From: an uncultured Candidatus Rokubacteria bacterium
Lineage (GTDB): Bacteria > Methylomirabilota > Methylomirabilia > Rokubacteriales > CSP1-6
Assembly (NCBI GenBank): GCA_963747235.1
Contig: CAVVEU010000040.1
Coordinates: 128,001-192,000 of the forward strand
DNA length: 64,000 nt
Reading direction: 5' to 3'
Numbering within the stretch: position 1 is the first letter of the stretch; every line of letters begins with the position of its first letter. The notes below the pieces were generated by a model. The model was not told the DNA's origin. It saw only the letters and a program-made list of their open reading frames with translations, and ran no database searches. The position numbers were made by a program, and so were the translations under genes. Below, piece after piece: positions 11,296 through 21,465 of the stretch.

Positions 11296-12639
11296 TTTCC
11301 CGGGCCGCTCCCGTACCGCGAGCACGCGGATCGAGAACTCGAGGTCCTGCGTCTCGTCGTCGCCATACGGGGCGAAGTGGAAGTTGCCGATCTCGCGCGA
11401 GAGGCGCTCCACGACGACCTCGGCGTGCGCGGGCGGGGTCTCGGGCAGGATGATCGCGAAGGAGTCCTCGGTGGCGTAGCGGCACACGATGTCCACGTCC
11501 CGCAGCGTGCGCGAGAACACGAGCGACAGCACGCGCCCCAGCTCGACGCGGCGCTGCGGCTCCACCGCGCCGAAGCGCTGGACGCGGAAGATCACCACCG
11601 CGAGCGGCCGGCCGTAGCGGTCGGCGCGCATCTCCTCCTCGTGGAGCCGGCGCTCGTAGTACGCGTAGGTGTAGGCGCCCACCAGGTCGTCCTCGATGGT
11701 CCGCGCCCGCGTCTCCTGGTGCGTCCGCGCGTTCGCGAGCGCCCGCGCGCCCCAGTCCGCGACGAGGCCCAGGCGGTCGAGCGAGGCCGCGGTGAGGCGC
11801 AGGAAGGGCAGCGCGGTCACGGTGAGGCAGCCGAGCAGCGTGCCCTGCGGGCCCAGCAGCGGGGCCGCCATCAGCAGGCTCGCGGTGTGGAGATCGTCGA
11901 GAGAGGCGATGACCGCGGCGTCGCGCACGCTGACCGGGCGGCCGAGGCGGACCGCCAGGCCCACCAGGCCCTCGTCGGGCGGGATCTCCGACCGCTCGGG
12001 CGCCGGCCCCTCCGCGGCGCGCAGGCGCATCAGCTCGCCCTCGAGCACGTAGCACTGGCAGGCGTCGGCCTGCAGGAAGCGGCGCGCGGTGAGCGCGATG
12101 GCCGGGTAGAGGCGCTCCGCGTCGAGCGTCTCCAGCGCGCGCGCCGCGGTGTAGAGGCTCGAGAGCGACGCGCGCTCGTCGGCCACCCGCCGCTCCAGCT
12201 CGTGCTTGGCCTCGGTCGCGGCCATGAAGCGCACCGCCTGGTCCGCCAGCTCGTGCTCGAGCGCCTCGACGCGGCGCTCGAGGGCGCGCTCGGCCCGGCG
12301 CAGCGACTCCCGCTGCGCGCCCAGGCCGAAGCCGGTGCCGATGAGCAGGAGCGGCGTCACGTAGTGCCCGAGCGTCCGCACCTCGCTCCAGGTCAGGTAC
12401 TCGAGACGCGCCACGATGCACGCGGTCACCACCGCCGCGGTCACGAGACCGCTCGTGAGCCCGGCGCGGAGCCCGTGGCGACAGGCCACCACCGCGACGA
12501 GGAGCAGGGCCGGGTTCGGCTGCACCGCGAGGAAGCCGGGGTCCTTCGGGCGCAGCAGCAGGTTGACGACGGCGAGCACGAGGAGCCCGCCGCCCAGCTC
12601 GAGCAGGTAGGGCCGGTCGCGGCGGAGTGTGGCCAGCAC
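11284..12639 (-). CDS. pelD: PelD-like c-di-GMP receptor (TM region + GAF + degenerate GGDEF)
   Basis: Four TM segments, coiled coil, GAF (GLVGLAV, APLLG), GGDEF fold with RxxD I-site (RDVD) and the active site replaced by ATEDS. Confidence 0.85.
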   Translation of the reverse strand: MLATLRRDRPYLLELGGGLLVLAVVNLLLRPKDPGFLAVQPNPALLLVAVVACRHGLRAGLTSGLVTAAVVTACIVARLEYLTWSEVRTLGHYVTPLLLIGTGFGLGAQRESLRRAERALERRVEALEHELADQAVRFMAATEAKHELERRVADERASLSSLYTAARALETLDAERLYPAIALTARRFLQADACQCYVLEGELMRLRAAEGPAPERSEIPPDEGLVGLAVRLGRPVSVRDAAVIASLDDLHTASLLMAAPLLGPQGTLLGCLTVTALPFLRLTAASLDRLGLVADWGARALANARTHQETRARTIEDDLVGAYTYAYYERRLHEEEMRADRYGRPLAVVIFRVQRFGAVEPQRRVELGRVLSLVFSRTLRDVDIVCRYATEDSFAIILPETPPAHAEVVVERLSREIGNFHFAPYGDDETQDLEFSIRVLAVRERPGKVTP

Positions 12640-12646
12640 CCGGCGC

Positions 12647-13222
12647 TTACCGCGCCCGGGCGTCGCCCAGGGCGCCCGTCAGATGGGCGGCCATGTCGTG
12701 GGCCACCTGCTGCGCGACGCGCGCGAGGCCGTCCTCGCGGATCCACGAGGAGCCGAGGCGGGCGTGGCTCGCGCTCCACACCACCTCGCCGGAGGCCACC
12801 TCCACGAGCCGCGCGGTGACGCCGACCGCGGGCGTCTCGGAGAGGCCGGGCTTGTAGCGGTACTCGGTCACCGAGCCCTGCAGCACGTGGCTCACCTGCA
12901 GGAGCCGGCCGATGCGCTGGGCGGACGGCAGGCGGCCCACGTCGGCCGGGTCCAGGTTCTCGCGGCGCAGGAGATCGGCGACCTCGCTCGGATCCATCAC
13001 CGCGATCGCCCCGGTGGCGAGCAGCTCGGTGACCAGGAGATCGGCGGTGGACTGGCCGGCGCGCAGCGAGGTGGTCTGGTTCTCGAACGCGAGCACCGCG
13101 ACGCGGCCCACGCGGCCCGCGCCGGGCTTCACCCACTCCTGCACCGCGCTCGCGCATCCGGCCGCGGTCAGCACCGCGGCCGCCAGCCACAGGATGCTCG
13201 AACGCCGCCAAGTGGGTGTCAT
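12647..13222 (-). CDS. pelC: PelC-like outer-membrane lipoprotein
   Basis: Lipobox AAGC, AVLAFENQT and GSVTEYRYKPGLSETPAVGVTARLVEVASGEVVWSAS, which resembles the PelC EWxYKxGxDGEPAVG motif. Confidence 0.85.
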   Translation of the reverse strand: MTPTWRRSSILWLAAAVLTAAGCASAVQEWVKPGAGRVGRVAVLAFENQTTSLRAGQSTADLLVTELLATGAIAVMDPSEVADLLRRENLDPADVGRLPSAQRIGRLLQVSHVLQGSVTEYRYKPGLSETPAVGVTARLVEVASGEVVWSASHARLGSSWIREDGLARVAQQVAHDMAAHLTGALGDARAR

Positions 13223-14682
13223 CAGTACAGGATGTCGAGGCGGCCGAGGAAGAATTCTTCCTGGCCGCCCACCGTGGTGGACTCGGTGTTGCGAGTATAG
13301 AGCACGCGTCCCTCCAGCCAGGGGCGAATTCGCCACCGCCCTTCCCCGTTGACCTCCCACGAGGTGATCGCGCGAAAGAGATCGCGACGCCCGACCGCGC
13401 CCGCCTGCAGGCGCACCGCGGGCGTGACGTCCCAGCCCACCACGCTGCCGATGCCCAGGACGTCTTCTCTCTTGATGAACGAGACCGCTTCGCGCAGGGC
13501 GCCGTCCGCGGTGGCGGTGTACCGGGAAAAAAATACCTGCGGGATCAGCGTGACCTGCACGCGGCTCCGCACGAGCTCGAGCTCGGCCCGCCCCGCCGCC
13601 TCCCAGCGGTCCCCCAGATCCTCCCCGGAGATGCGGTAGTGCCGGACGTCGTAGTGGGCGCCCAGCACCACCGGGACCAGGACACGGCGCGCCACGTCCA
13701 CCGTCACCCGGTCGGTCGTGCCGTTCCGGGGCAGCGCGGTCACCGGGTTGGTGAGCAGCTCGCGGATGGCCACGTCCACCGTCGCGCTGGTGGCCTTCGC
13801 GTCGTCGTAGGCGCCGCCGAGCCGCGCGGTGGCGCGGAAGATCTCCTCGCGACGCCGCGACTCCTCGAGCCCGGCCCAGAGCGAGATCGCGCGCGTGGCC
13901 TGGAAGCCGACGGTGGCCAGCGCGGTCCACACCTCCTCGCTGAACGCGGACTGGCCCAGCACGCGGTCCTGGATGTAGCTGCCGTGGCGGGCGCCCGCGC
14001 GCAGCCACCAGCGGTCGGCCAGCCAGCCGCGCCACGCCGCCTCCTCCACGTGATGCGTGGCCGCGGCCTGGAGCAGCGTGGAATGGATCAGCTCGACGCG
14101 CGGGGCGTGGCCGAGGAGGATCTCGCGGTAGGCGGCCAGCATCTCGCGATTCTCCGGATCCGCGTCGAGCATGCGGCCGTAGAGGTCGAGGGCGCGGCGC
14201 CACCGGCCCGCGCCGAGCTCGGCCGCGGCCAGGTCCGCGGTGATCCCGGCGTCCTTCGGCTGCTCGCGGGCCAGCACGTCGAGGCGGCGGCCCGCCTCCG
14301 CCGGCGCGCCCCGGGCCAGGTCGAGCCGGGCCTTCAGCCGGCGCAGCCGCGCCGACGTGGGATCGTCGGCCAGGTAGCGATCCACCACCGGGCCCGCCTG
14401 CTCGAGCTGCGCCGCGTCCACGAGCAGCTCCGCGTGGTCCTCGCGGAGCGTGCGGTTGTCCGGGTAGCGCTCGAGCAGCGCGCGATAGGCCGCGAGCGCC
14501 TCCTCGAGCATGCCCAGGCGCGCCAGGATGCGCGCCCGCATCATCTGGGCCTCGAGCGGGTCCGGGGCCTCCGGCGTCCCGGGCGCGGCGGGCGGCGTCT
14601 GCGCGCGCGCGACGGGGATCGGGGCGGCCAGGGTCAGGCACAGGAGCCCGGCGACGGCGCAGGCGAAGCGGAAGGCGGTCAC
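13222..14682 (-). CDS. TPR + C-terminal beta-barrel outer-membrane protein (PelB C-terminal equivalent)
   Basis: Signal peptide, about 4 TPR-like repeats, then alternating amphipathic strands ending in an aromatic beta-signal (FFLGRLDILY); directly upstream of pelC. Confidence 0.7.
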   Translation of the reverse strand: MTAFRFACAVAGLLCLTLAAPIPVARAQTPPAAPGTPEAPDPLEAQMMRARILARLGMLEEALAAYRALLERYPDNRTLREDHAELLVDAAQLEQAGPVVDRYLADDPTSARLRRLKARLDLARGAPAEAGRRLDVLAREQPKDAGITADLAAAELGAGRWRRALDLYGRMLDADPENREMLAAYREILLGHAPRVELIHSTLLQAAATHHVEEAAWRGWLADRWWLRAGARHGSYIQDRVLGQSAFSEEVWTALATVGFQATRAISLWAGLEESRRREEIFRATARLGGAYDDAKATSATVDVAIRELLTNPVTALPRNGTTDRVTVDVARRVLVPVVLGAHYDVRHYRISGEDLGDRWEAAGRAELELVRSRVQVTLIPQVFFSRYTATADGALREAVSFIKREDVLGIGSVVGWDVTPAVRLQAGAVGRRDLFRAITSWEVNGEGRWRIRPWLEGRVLYTRNTESTTVGGQEEFFLGRLDILY

Positions 14683-14688
14683 CGAGGG

Positions 14689-14717
14689 AGTATGGCGGCG
14701 GCGTCCGCCGCGTTCAA
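14689..14717 (-). promoter_or_regulatory. sigma70-type internal promoter, probably leaderless, for the beta-barrel gene and pelC-G
   Basis: On the minus strand: TTGAAC (14717-14712), 17-nt spacer, CATACT (14694-14689), then 6 nt to GTG 14682. Confidence 0.55.
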
Positions 14718-14731
14718 GGGAGGAGGGCGGG

Positions 14732-16955
14732 TCAGCGAGGGCGAGCGGGCAGGAGCCGGAGCGCGCGCTCGAACTCGAGGCGCGCGCGCTCCTCGTCCCG
14801 GTCGGCCGCGTAGAGCTCGCCCAGGAGGTAGTGCACCTCGTAGTCACCGCCCTTCACGCGGTTGAAGCGCTCGAGCGCCTGCCGGGCCCCGCGCGCGTCG
14901 TGGCTCCAGGCCATGAGCTGCCCGGCCCGCTTCAGCCCCTCCGCGTCGTCCGGCTGCACGTCGAGCAGCGAGCGGTAGGCGCGCAGGGCCACGTCGTTCC
15001 GCGACATCGCGAGGCTGCGCCGGCCGACCTCGCGCAGCACCCGCGGATCGCGCGGACGGGCGCGCATGAGGCTCTCCCATTGCTTGAGCGCCGGCTCGCC
15101 CGCCCCCGTCCAGTCGTAGAGCTGGGCCAGCGCCAGGCGCGCGGCCACCGCGTCGTCGCCGTCGCCGGGCGCGGCCGCGAGGACGGCCTCGTACTCCGTG
15201 ACGGCATCCGGGTACTTACCGAGATCCATCAGGATCCGGCCCGCCTTGGCCCGGTAGGCCGGGCCCGCCGAGGCGGCGAAGCGGCGGTGCACGCGGAGCC
15301 CGTCGTCCACGCGCCCGGCCTGCGCGGTGAGGGCCAGATACCGGAGGGCGAGGCTCTCGTCGATCGGGCGGCGCTCCACCACCGGCTGCAGCAGGCGCAC
15401 CGCATCCGGGAACCGGCCGAGCCCCTCGGCGGCCTGGGCGGCCGCGTCGCGCAGCGCCCAGTCGTCCGGGCGACGGGCCAGGAGGCGCTCGGCAACCCGC
15501 AGGAGATCCGCGGGCCGATCCTGGAAGCGATAGAGCTCGGCGAGCCGTCCCGAGCGAGGGCTCGGGCAGCGCGCCCGCGCGGTCGAGCCCCTCGTAGACC
15601 GAAATGGCCTCGCGCTCCTGATTGTTCCACTCGTGGAGCTGCGCGAGCCTCAGCGCGGGGCCGGGCACGCCGGGGCTCTGCTCGACGATCCGGCGCTGGC
15701 GCGCGATCGCCTCGGGCAGGCGGTTCGCGGCGACGAGCGCGTCCACCGCCTGCTGGGCGTAGCGGGAATCTTGAGGCGAGAGCGCGGCGAGCCGATCCAG
15801 CGCGGACAGCGCGGCCTGCCCATCCTCGCCGCCCTGGGCGAGCGCGGCCACCCGCTCCTGCAGCGCGCGATCCGCCGGGCGCGCCTTCGCGACGCGCTCG
15901 AGCAGGGCCAGCGCGCGACGCGGGTCGTTGCCCCATTCGTAGAGCTGGGCCAGGGCCAGCGCGGTCTCGAGCCGATCCGGCGCGATCTCGATGGCCCGTT
16001 CGTACGCGGCGATCGCCTCGGGCCCGCGGTCCTGCTCGACGAGCAGGCGGCCCAGCAGGGCCAGCGTGTCGTGGTCGCGGGGACGGAGCGCGGCCAGCTC
16101 CTGCTGCGCGCCGATCGCGCGCGGGCCGTCGCCGCTCGCGCGGTAGAGCTCCACCAGCCGGCGGCGCGCGGCTTCATCGCGCGGATCGGCCGCGCGCTGG
16201 CGCTCGAGCAGCGCGATCTCCTCAACGCGCGGCGCGCCGCCCGGCGCCGGAAGGAGGCGGTCACGAGCCTCGACGTCGGCGGGCGCGATCCGCGCCAGCA
16301 CCTTCCAGTGCTCGATCGCGCGATCCCCCTGCCCGAGCGAGTCGTACGCCTGGGCGAGCCAGCGCCGCCCCTCGGGATCGTCGGGCCGCCGCCGCACGAA
16401 GGCCTCCAGCACCGTCACCGCCTCGTCCTGCCGGTTGAGGCTCCGGGCGACGGTGGCCAGCTCGCCCACGACGGAGGAATCCGTCGGGCTGAGCGTCACC
16501 AGCTTGCGGAGCACCGCGACCTGGCGCTCGTAGTCGCCCTTCCACAGATAGGCGGTGAGCAGGCGCTCGAGCAGCGGCACGTCGTCCGGTCCCGGGTTCA
16601 CGGTGAGCCGCTCGATCACCGCCGCCGCCGCGGCGGGGTCCTTGTTGGCCTGGTACGCGTCGGCCAGCTTCAGCAGCAGGTCGCGGCGCCGCGGCAGGCT
16701 CCGGGAGGCGTCCTCGAGCGTCGCGATCTCCCGGTCCGGCTCGCCGAGGCCCTCGTAGGCGGTGGCCAGCCCCAGCCAGAGCTGCGCGTCGGTCGTCTCG
16801 CCGCGCAGCGCCTCGGTGAACAGGTCCCGGGCCAGCGCGTACTGCCGATCGGCCAGGTAGGCCCAGCCCAGGTCGCCGCCCCACGGGACGGACAGCGCGA
16901 GGAGCGCGAGGGTGAGCAGCACCCCCAGCCCGAGCTTCCAGCGCTCGATCTTCAC
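14732..16955 (-). CDS. long TPR scaffold protein with N-terminal membrane anchor (PelB N-terminal equivalent; frameshift near 15555)
   Basis: VKIERWKLGLGVLLTLALLALSVPW followed by many TPRs, including repeated LAQLYEW/LAQLHEW/LAQLYDW; lies directly after the pelA-like genes. Confidence 0.75.
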
Positions 16956-19085
16956 CCGAGTCGCACGTCCACGTCCGCGGCCTCCCCGGCGCGGACCGTC
17001 AGGTGCCCGTCGCGCCCGGTCCGCGGCCGCTCGCGCCGCGTTCCGGCGCCGTCGCGGATCTCCACCGCGATCTCGCGATCCGCGGGGAGTCCGGCCAGCT
17101 CGACCACCTTCGGGCCCATGCCGGAGAGCGTGAGCTTGAGGCGCGCGGCCTCGCGGGCCCAGGCGGTGACGCGATGGCTCGCGTGCACGAGGTACGGCGT
17201 CGAGGGCGGCCGGTCGCCCAGCACGATCAGGGCGGGGTCGGGCCCGGCCAGGTGCACGTAGAGCGCGCCCTGGTGGTGCACGTAGCCGAGGACTCCCGTC
17301 GAGCGCCGCCAGGTCCACCCCGGCGCGGGTGTCGTCGAAGCGCACCGTGCGCAGGGCGCCGTGGTCCCAGACGCGCCAGCCTCCCGCGGCGCGCGCGATG
17401 CGGGCGGTGCGGAAGCCCTCCACGATGGCCAGGTACTCGCTGGTGAAGAGCCGCGCGAGCGGCTGCCGCCCGACCCACTCGTGCACGTAGCGCAGCGAGG
17501 CCAGCGCGGCCACGCGCTCGGCCGAGTAGAAGTGGTAGTAGAGGTTGACCGGCGCGACGCGACGCGGCTTCTCCGTGTTCTCGAACGTCTCGACCACGTG
17601 GCGGTAGCCGTAGAAGGGGCCGGTCCACAGGTTGGTGTAGAGGTTCTCGTTGGAGGCCGAGGTGTAGGTCTGCCACTGCCGGCCCACCTGGCGCATCAGC
17701 GGCGCGACCCGCGTGTAGCTCGGCCACTCGCGGTCGCGCATGGTGTCGCCGCCGTTGATGTTGGGCACCCCCAGCCGCGCGAGGACCGCGATCGCGTCCT
17801 CGCTCACCCGCGTGGACCCGGACCACTGAAAGAGCCGCACCCGCTTGCCCGGCGGCAGGAGCCGCTCCTCGATGTAGCGGATGGAGCCCGCGGTCTCGGT
17901 CTCGACCGAGTACGGGATCCCGGACAGCGCGAAGCTCCGCGTCCGCTTCTCCCAGTCGAGCGGATGCGTGTAGGAGTGGCTGCCCGCCTCCACGTTCGGC
18001 AGCCGGAACATGGCGCGGGCCAGCTCGTGGAACTCGGGCGAGCCGAGGAGCGTCGGCTCCACCTCCGCCACCACCACCGACACGCTGGTGGGCAGGCCGT
18101 AGCGCGAGAGGATCTCCTCGAGCAGGATCTGGCCGCTCGAGGCGCCCGCCCGGACCTCCGAGCGATTGCGCAGGCCGTCGCCGTCGATGTGGGAGTAGCA
18201 GATGCGCCGCCCGCACTGGGTCGTGGTGTCCGGCCGCGGCCAGTCTCCGACCCCGAGCGCCTCGCGGAAGAACGCGAACGGATCGAGCCACCACTGCGCG
18301 CCCGACTCGCCCGGGAACTGGAAGCGGACGTACTCGGCCGCCGCGAAGCCGCCCCACGGGCCGGTCACCACCACGTGGCTCTCGGAGTCCGGCAGGTCGC
18401 GCCGGGCCAGCACCAGGTGCGCGTGAGAGGCAGGCCCGCGCGCCCGCACCTGCTGGTAGTACGGCAGGCCGGGCGGGAGCGGCCGCTCGAACTCCATCAT
18501 CTTCGGATCCTTGCGGCGGAGCTCGATGACCTTCTGGTTGCCGGTCCAGTTGCCGAGGAACTCGAGCCCGCTCGGCGCGAGGGCCTCGTTCACCACCGTC
18601 AGATCAACGGTTCGAAGAGTCCGGCGATCGCGGAGCGCGCCCAGGTACTCGAGGATCACCACCCGGCGCCCGGCCCGCATCTGCGCGCCCAGCCAGCGCA
18701 GGTAGTCGAGCGGCGCGGCCATCTCCTCGCTCTGGAACCAGGTGACGACGCCGCGGTAGCGCGACATGGTCCGCTCGTCCGGCAGCCCGCGGTCGATGTC
18801 GTGGTACTCGACCATGAGCCCGAGCCAGTTGAGCGGCATCTGGGCCCAGCTATGCACCTCGTTGAGCGTCGCGGTCTTGGGCCGGCGGCCCTCCACGTCG
18901 TTGGAGAGCTCGCTGGACTTGTAGAGCGCCAGCACGTAGCGCGGCAGCTCGCCCGCCGCGGGCGCGCTCGCGCCGGGCGCGGCCTGCGCCGCGGGCACCC
19001 GCGCGCCGGCCGCCCGCAGCGCGAGCACGCCCGCCGCGGCGGCCGAGCGCCCGAGCAGGGCGCGGCGCGAGAGCTTTCTCGTCAT
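16952..19085 (-). CDS. PelA-type carbohydrate esterase (deacetylase) with Tat signal, no GH domain (frameshift near 17295)
   Basis: Tat motif SRRALL; WWLDPFAFF, PRPDTTT.CGRR, HIDGDG, SHSYTHP, FQWSG, NINGG, NENLYTNLW, ETEKPRR and YYHFYS, all typical of the PelA deacetylase region. Confidence 0.88.
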
Positions 19086-19092
19086 GCGCGGC

Positions 19093-19963
19093 TCATGGCG
19101 CGAGCGTGTGGGTCGAGACCTGGTCGAGGCCGATCGTCGAGACGTACGGGATGAAGCCGCGGGCGCGCGAGCGCCGGATCAGCTCGGCCGGCCAGGGCGC
19201 GCCGCGGTCGGCCGCGGTGTACTCGAGCGTGAACACCGGCAGGCCCAGCGCGACCACGCGGGCCAGGAGGAGCGCGCGCGACTCCGCCTCGTCGGCCGGC
19301 CGCACCCGGTAGGCCTTGGCCTTGAAGTCGTAGTCGGTCCAGATGGACTCGAGCGCGACCGCGTCCAGCACGGTCGGGAGCCGCTCCGCGATGGGAAGGC
19401 CGCCGTTGATCATGAGCAGCGCCCGCGGATGGCGGCGCTTCAACTCCACGAGCACGCGCTCGAGCGCCCGGGCCGCGCCCTTGAAGCGCCGCGGATCCGT
19501 CTGCTCGAGGTCGAGCGCGGTGTCGGCGGTGTCGAGGAAGAGCCCGTTGACCGGCCCGGCGAGCGCGACGCGGCACCACCCGGTCGAGCAGCCAGCGCTC
19601 GTAGGCGGGCGCGCGCACGTCGAGGCGGCGCGCGTCGGGCCAGCTCGGGTTGGGCGAGAGCACCCACGGCTCACCCGCGATGGCCGCGAACTCGGGATGG
19701 CTCGTGTTCACCTCGCCCAGGCTCACGTAGGTCAGCAGGAGCGAGCCGTGCCGCTTGACGAGCGGCAGCGGCGGGTGCGCGTGCGGATCGAGCACGACCA
19801 CGTCGAAGCGCGCCAGATCCGCGGCCGCCTCGGGGGCCGCCGCGTAGTAGACGGCCCAGGTGCGCACGCCCGCCAGGGGACGGATCGGCGAGGCGGCCGG
19901 CGCCGACGCCCCGCCGAGCCCCAGGACCAGGGCGGCGGCGAGCAGGCGCCGCGTCAGACCCAC
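19093..19963 (-). CDS. PelA-type endo-alpha-1,4-N-acetylgalactosaminidase (GH166/GH114-like), stand-alone (frameshift near 19575)
   Basis: WAVYY, FDVVVLDP, YVSLGEV, GLFLDTAD, NGG, ALESIW, LEY and GFIPYV; N-terminal signal peptide. Confidence 0.85.
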
Positions 19964-20784
19964 GCGGCGAGCGCCTCCCCCCGGGTTGCGTGATTCGTGA
20001 TGGCCTTGATCAGGCGGGTCATCTCGAAGATCGCCCGCACGTCGTCCTGCAGCGCGCAGAGGTGGAGATCACCGCCCGCGGCGCGGGCGACCTTGAGGGT
20101 CGCGACGAGGGCGCCCATGCCCGAGCTGTCGATGTAGCCCACGTTCCCGAGATCCACCAGCAGCTTGACGGACCCCTCGTTCACGAGTCCGGACAGGACC
20201 CGCTTCATCTGATCCGCGGCCGCCATGTCGAGATCGCCCTTGGGGACGACCACCGTGATCGCGGCCGAACGAGTTACCTCGATGTCCATGGCCTCTCCTG
20301 ATCGAGCCGGCGGCGCGGCCCCGCCCTCCGCGATCGAGCGATCGGCCGGGCCATGACCCGGCCGGTACTTGACGAGGGTCCAGCGGGTCCCTCGCTCCCG
20401 GCGTATGTCGACGGAAACCGAATCGGCGATGCGATGCACCAGGTGGATGCCCAGCCCGTGGTCCGGCAGCGCGTCCAGATCGGGCGCCACGTAGCGGGCG
20501 GCGTCGAAGGCCCGTCCGAAGTCCTCCACCTCGAGAACCAGCCGATCCTCGAAGCCCAGGATCGAGACGTGGATGGGCTGGCCACCCCGGCCCTCGTAGG
20601 CGTGCTCGATGGAGTTGCCGCACAGCTCGCCCACCGCCAGCACGAGGGCCGCCCGGGTCTCCCGCTCCACGCCGAGCCCGGCCAGCTCCGCGCGGAGCCA
20701 CTCGCGCAGGCGCGCCAGGTTGCGGGCCTCGCTCGACAGCGTGAAGCGGCCGGGTGCCGCCGGATCACGTTCTGGCCGGGTCAC
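19954..20784 (-). CDS. RsbW-like anti-sigma Ser kinase fused in frame to a STAS anti-anti-sigma domain
   Basis: LAVGELCGNSIEHAY, VEDFGRAFD and HGLGIHL (HATPase_c_2); then GDLD, LLVDL and YIDSSGMGAL (STAS with phospho-Ser). Confidence 0.88.
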   Translation of the reverse strand: MTRPERDPAAPGRFTLSSEARNLARLREWLRAELAGLGVERETRAALVLAVGELCGNSIEHAYEGRGGQPIHVSILGFEDRLVLEVEDFGRAFDAARYVAPDLDALPDHGLGIHLVHRIADSVSVDIRRERGTRWTLVKYRPGHGPADRSIAEGGAAPPARSGEAMDIEVTRSAAITVVVPKGDLDMAAADQMKRVLSGLVNEGSVKLLVDLGNVGYIDSSGMGALVATLKVARAAGGDLHLCALQDDVRAIFEMTRLIKAITNHATRGEALAAWV

Positions 20785-20810
20785 GCTCTGAGGCCCACAT
20801 CGCGCGATTC

Positions 20811-20819
20811 AGTATAGCA
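20811..20819 (-). promoter_or_regulatory. extended -10 element upstream of the kinase-STAS/pel operon
   Basis: Minus strand TGcTATACT, 26 nt upstream of the GTG at 20784. Confidence 0.45.
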
Positions 20820-20877
20820 GCGGGAAGGCGCTCACCTGGCGGAGCGCCGGAGGGAACGACGAGGAAGCGGGGCGGCG

Positions 20878-21123
20878 TTACCGCCGCGAGTAGCCGAGCT
20901 GGGCGCCGACCGGGAAGCCGTTGCGGTCGCGCCGGTAGGGATCCGCGGTCACCGACTCGCGCCAGGCCTGGTATTCGCGCTCGTCCTGCCAGCGGCGGAG
21001 CGCCCACACGGCCAGCCCCACCGCCACGCCACCCGCTGCCACGACGCAAACCAGCGCTCCGCGCTTCATCATCGTCTCGAGCGAGCTGCCCTGCTCCGAT
21101 ACGGGCGTGTCCATGGCCGCCAT
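20878..21123 (-). CDS. small single-pass membrane hypothetical protein
   Basis: Strong AGGAGGAG RBS before ATG 21123; one TM segment (ALVCVVAAGGVAVGLAVWAL). Confidence 0.65.
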   Translation of the reverse strand: MAAMDTPVSEQGSSLETMMKRGALVCVVAAGGVAVGLAVWALRRWQDEREYQAWRESVTADPYRRDRNGFPVGAQLGYSRR

Positions 21124-21465
21124 CTCCTCCTGATCGCCTCTATTCGGCGCCGATCGAGAACCAGAGTATGACCGAGCTCACTCCGATGAACCCCACCGTG
21201 ATCAGCGTCGTCAGCAACATCGCGCTCGGACCTCCCGGGCCTCGTCCCTGCCGCGCTTCTTTCGTCCGCCCGGGTAAGGTAGCAAGAGCCAAGCCATGCC
21301 GGACGCCGCGCCAAATCAGCCAGTTGGGATCCCGCGGGCCCCGCGGTATCCGGAGCTTGTCAGGTCGAGTGCCGAGACTTGGTCACGCCACGCAGCGCAT
21401 GCGCGCTAAGTACGTGCAATTATTGGTAGGAAGTCTGGCCCTGTTCTTGCCTCTCCCTTTCTGTC

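Noticed and set aside
8831-12421. 1196-aa ORF joining PelE and PelF
   Set aside because: Frame coincidence plus a frameshift near 10870; PelE ends at 10333 and PelF starts at 10336.
15216-19085. 1289-aa ORF appearing to fuse the PelA deacetylase to the TPR scaffold
   Set aside because: The junction segment is out-of-frame, Arg-rich text. The deacetylase C-terminus (16952-17281) is in another frame with a GTGA overlap to the TPR start.
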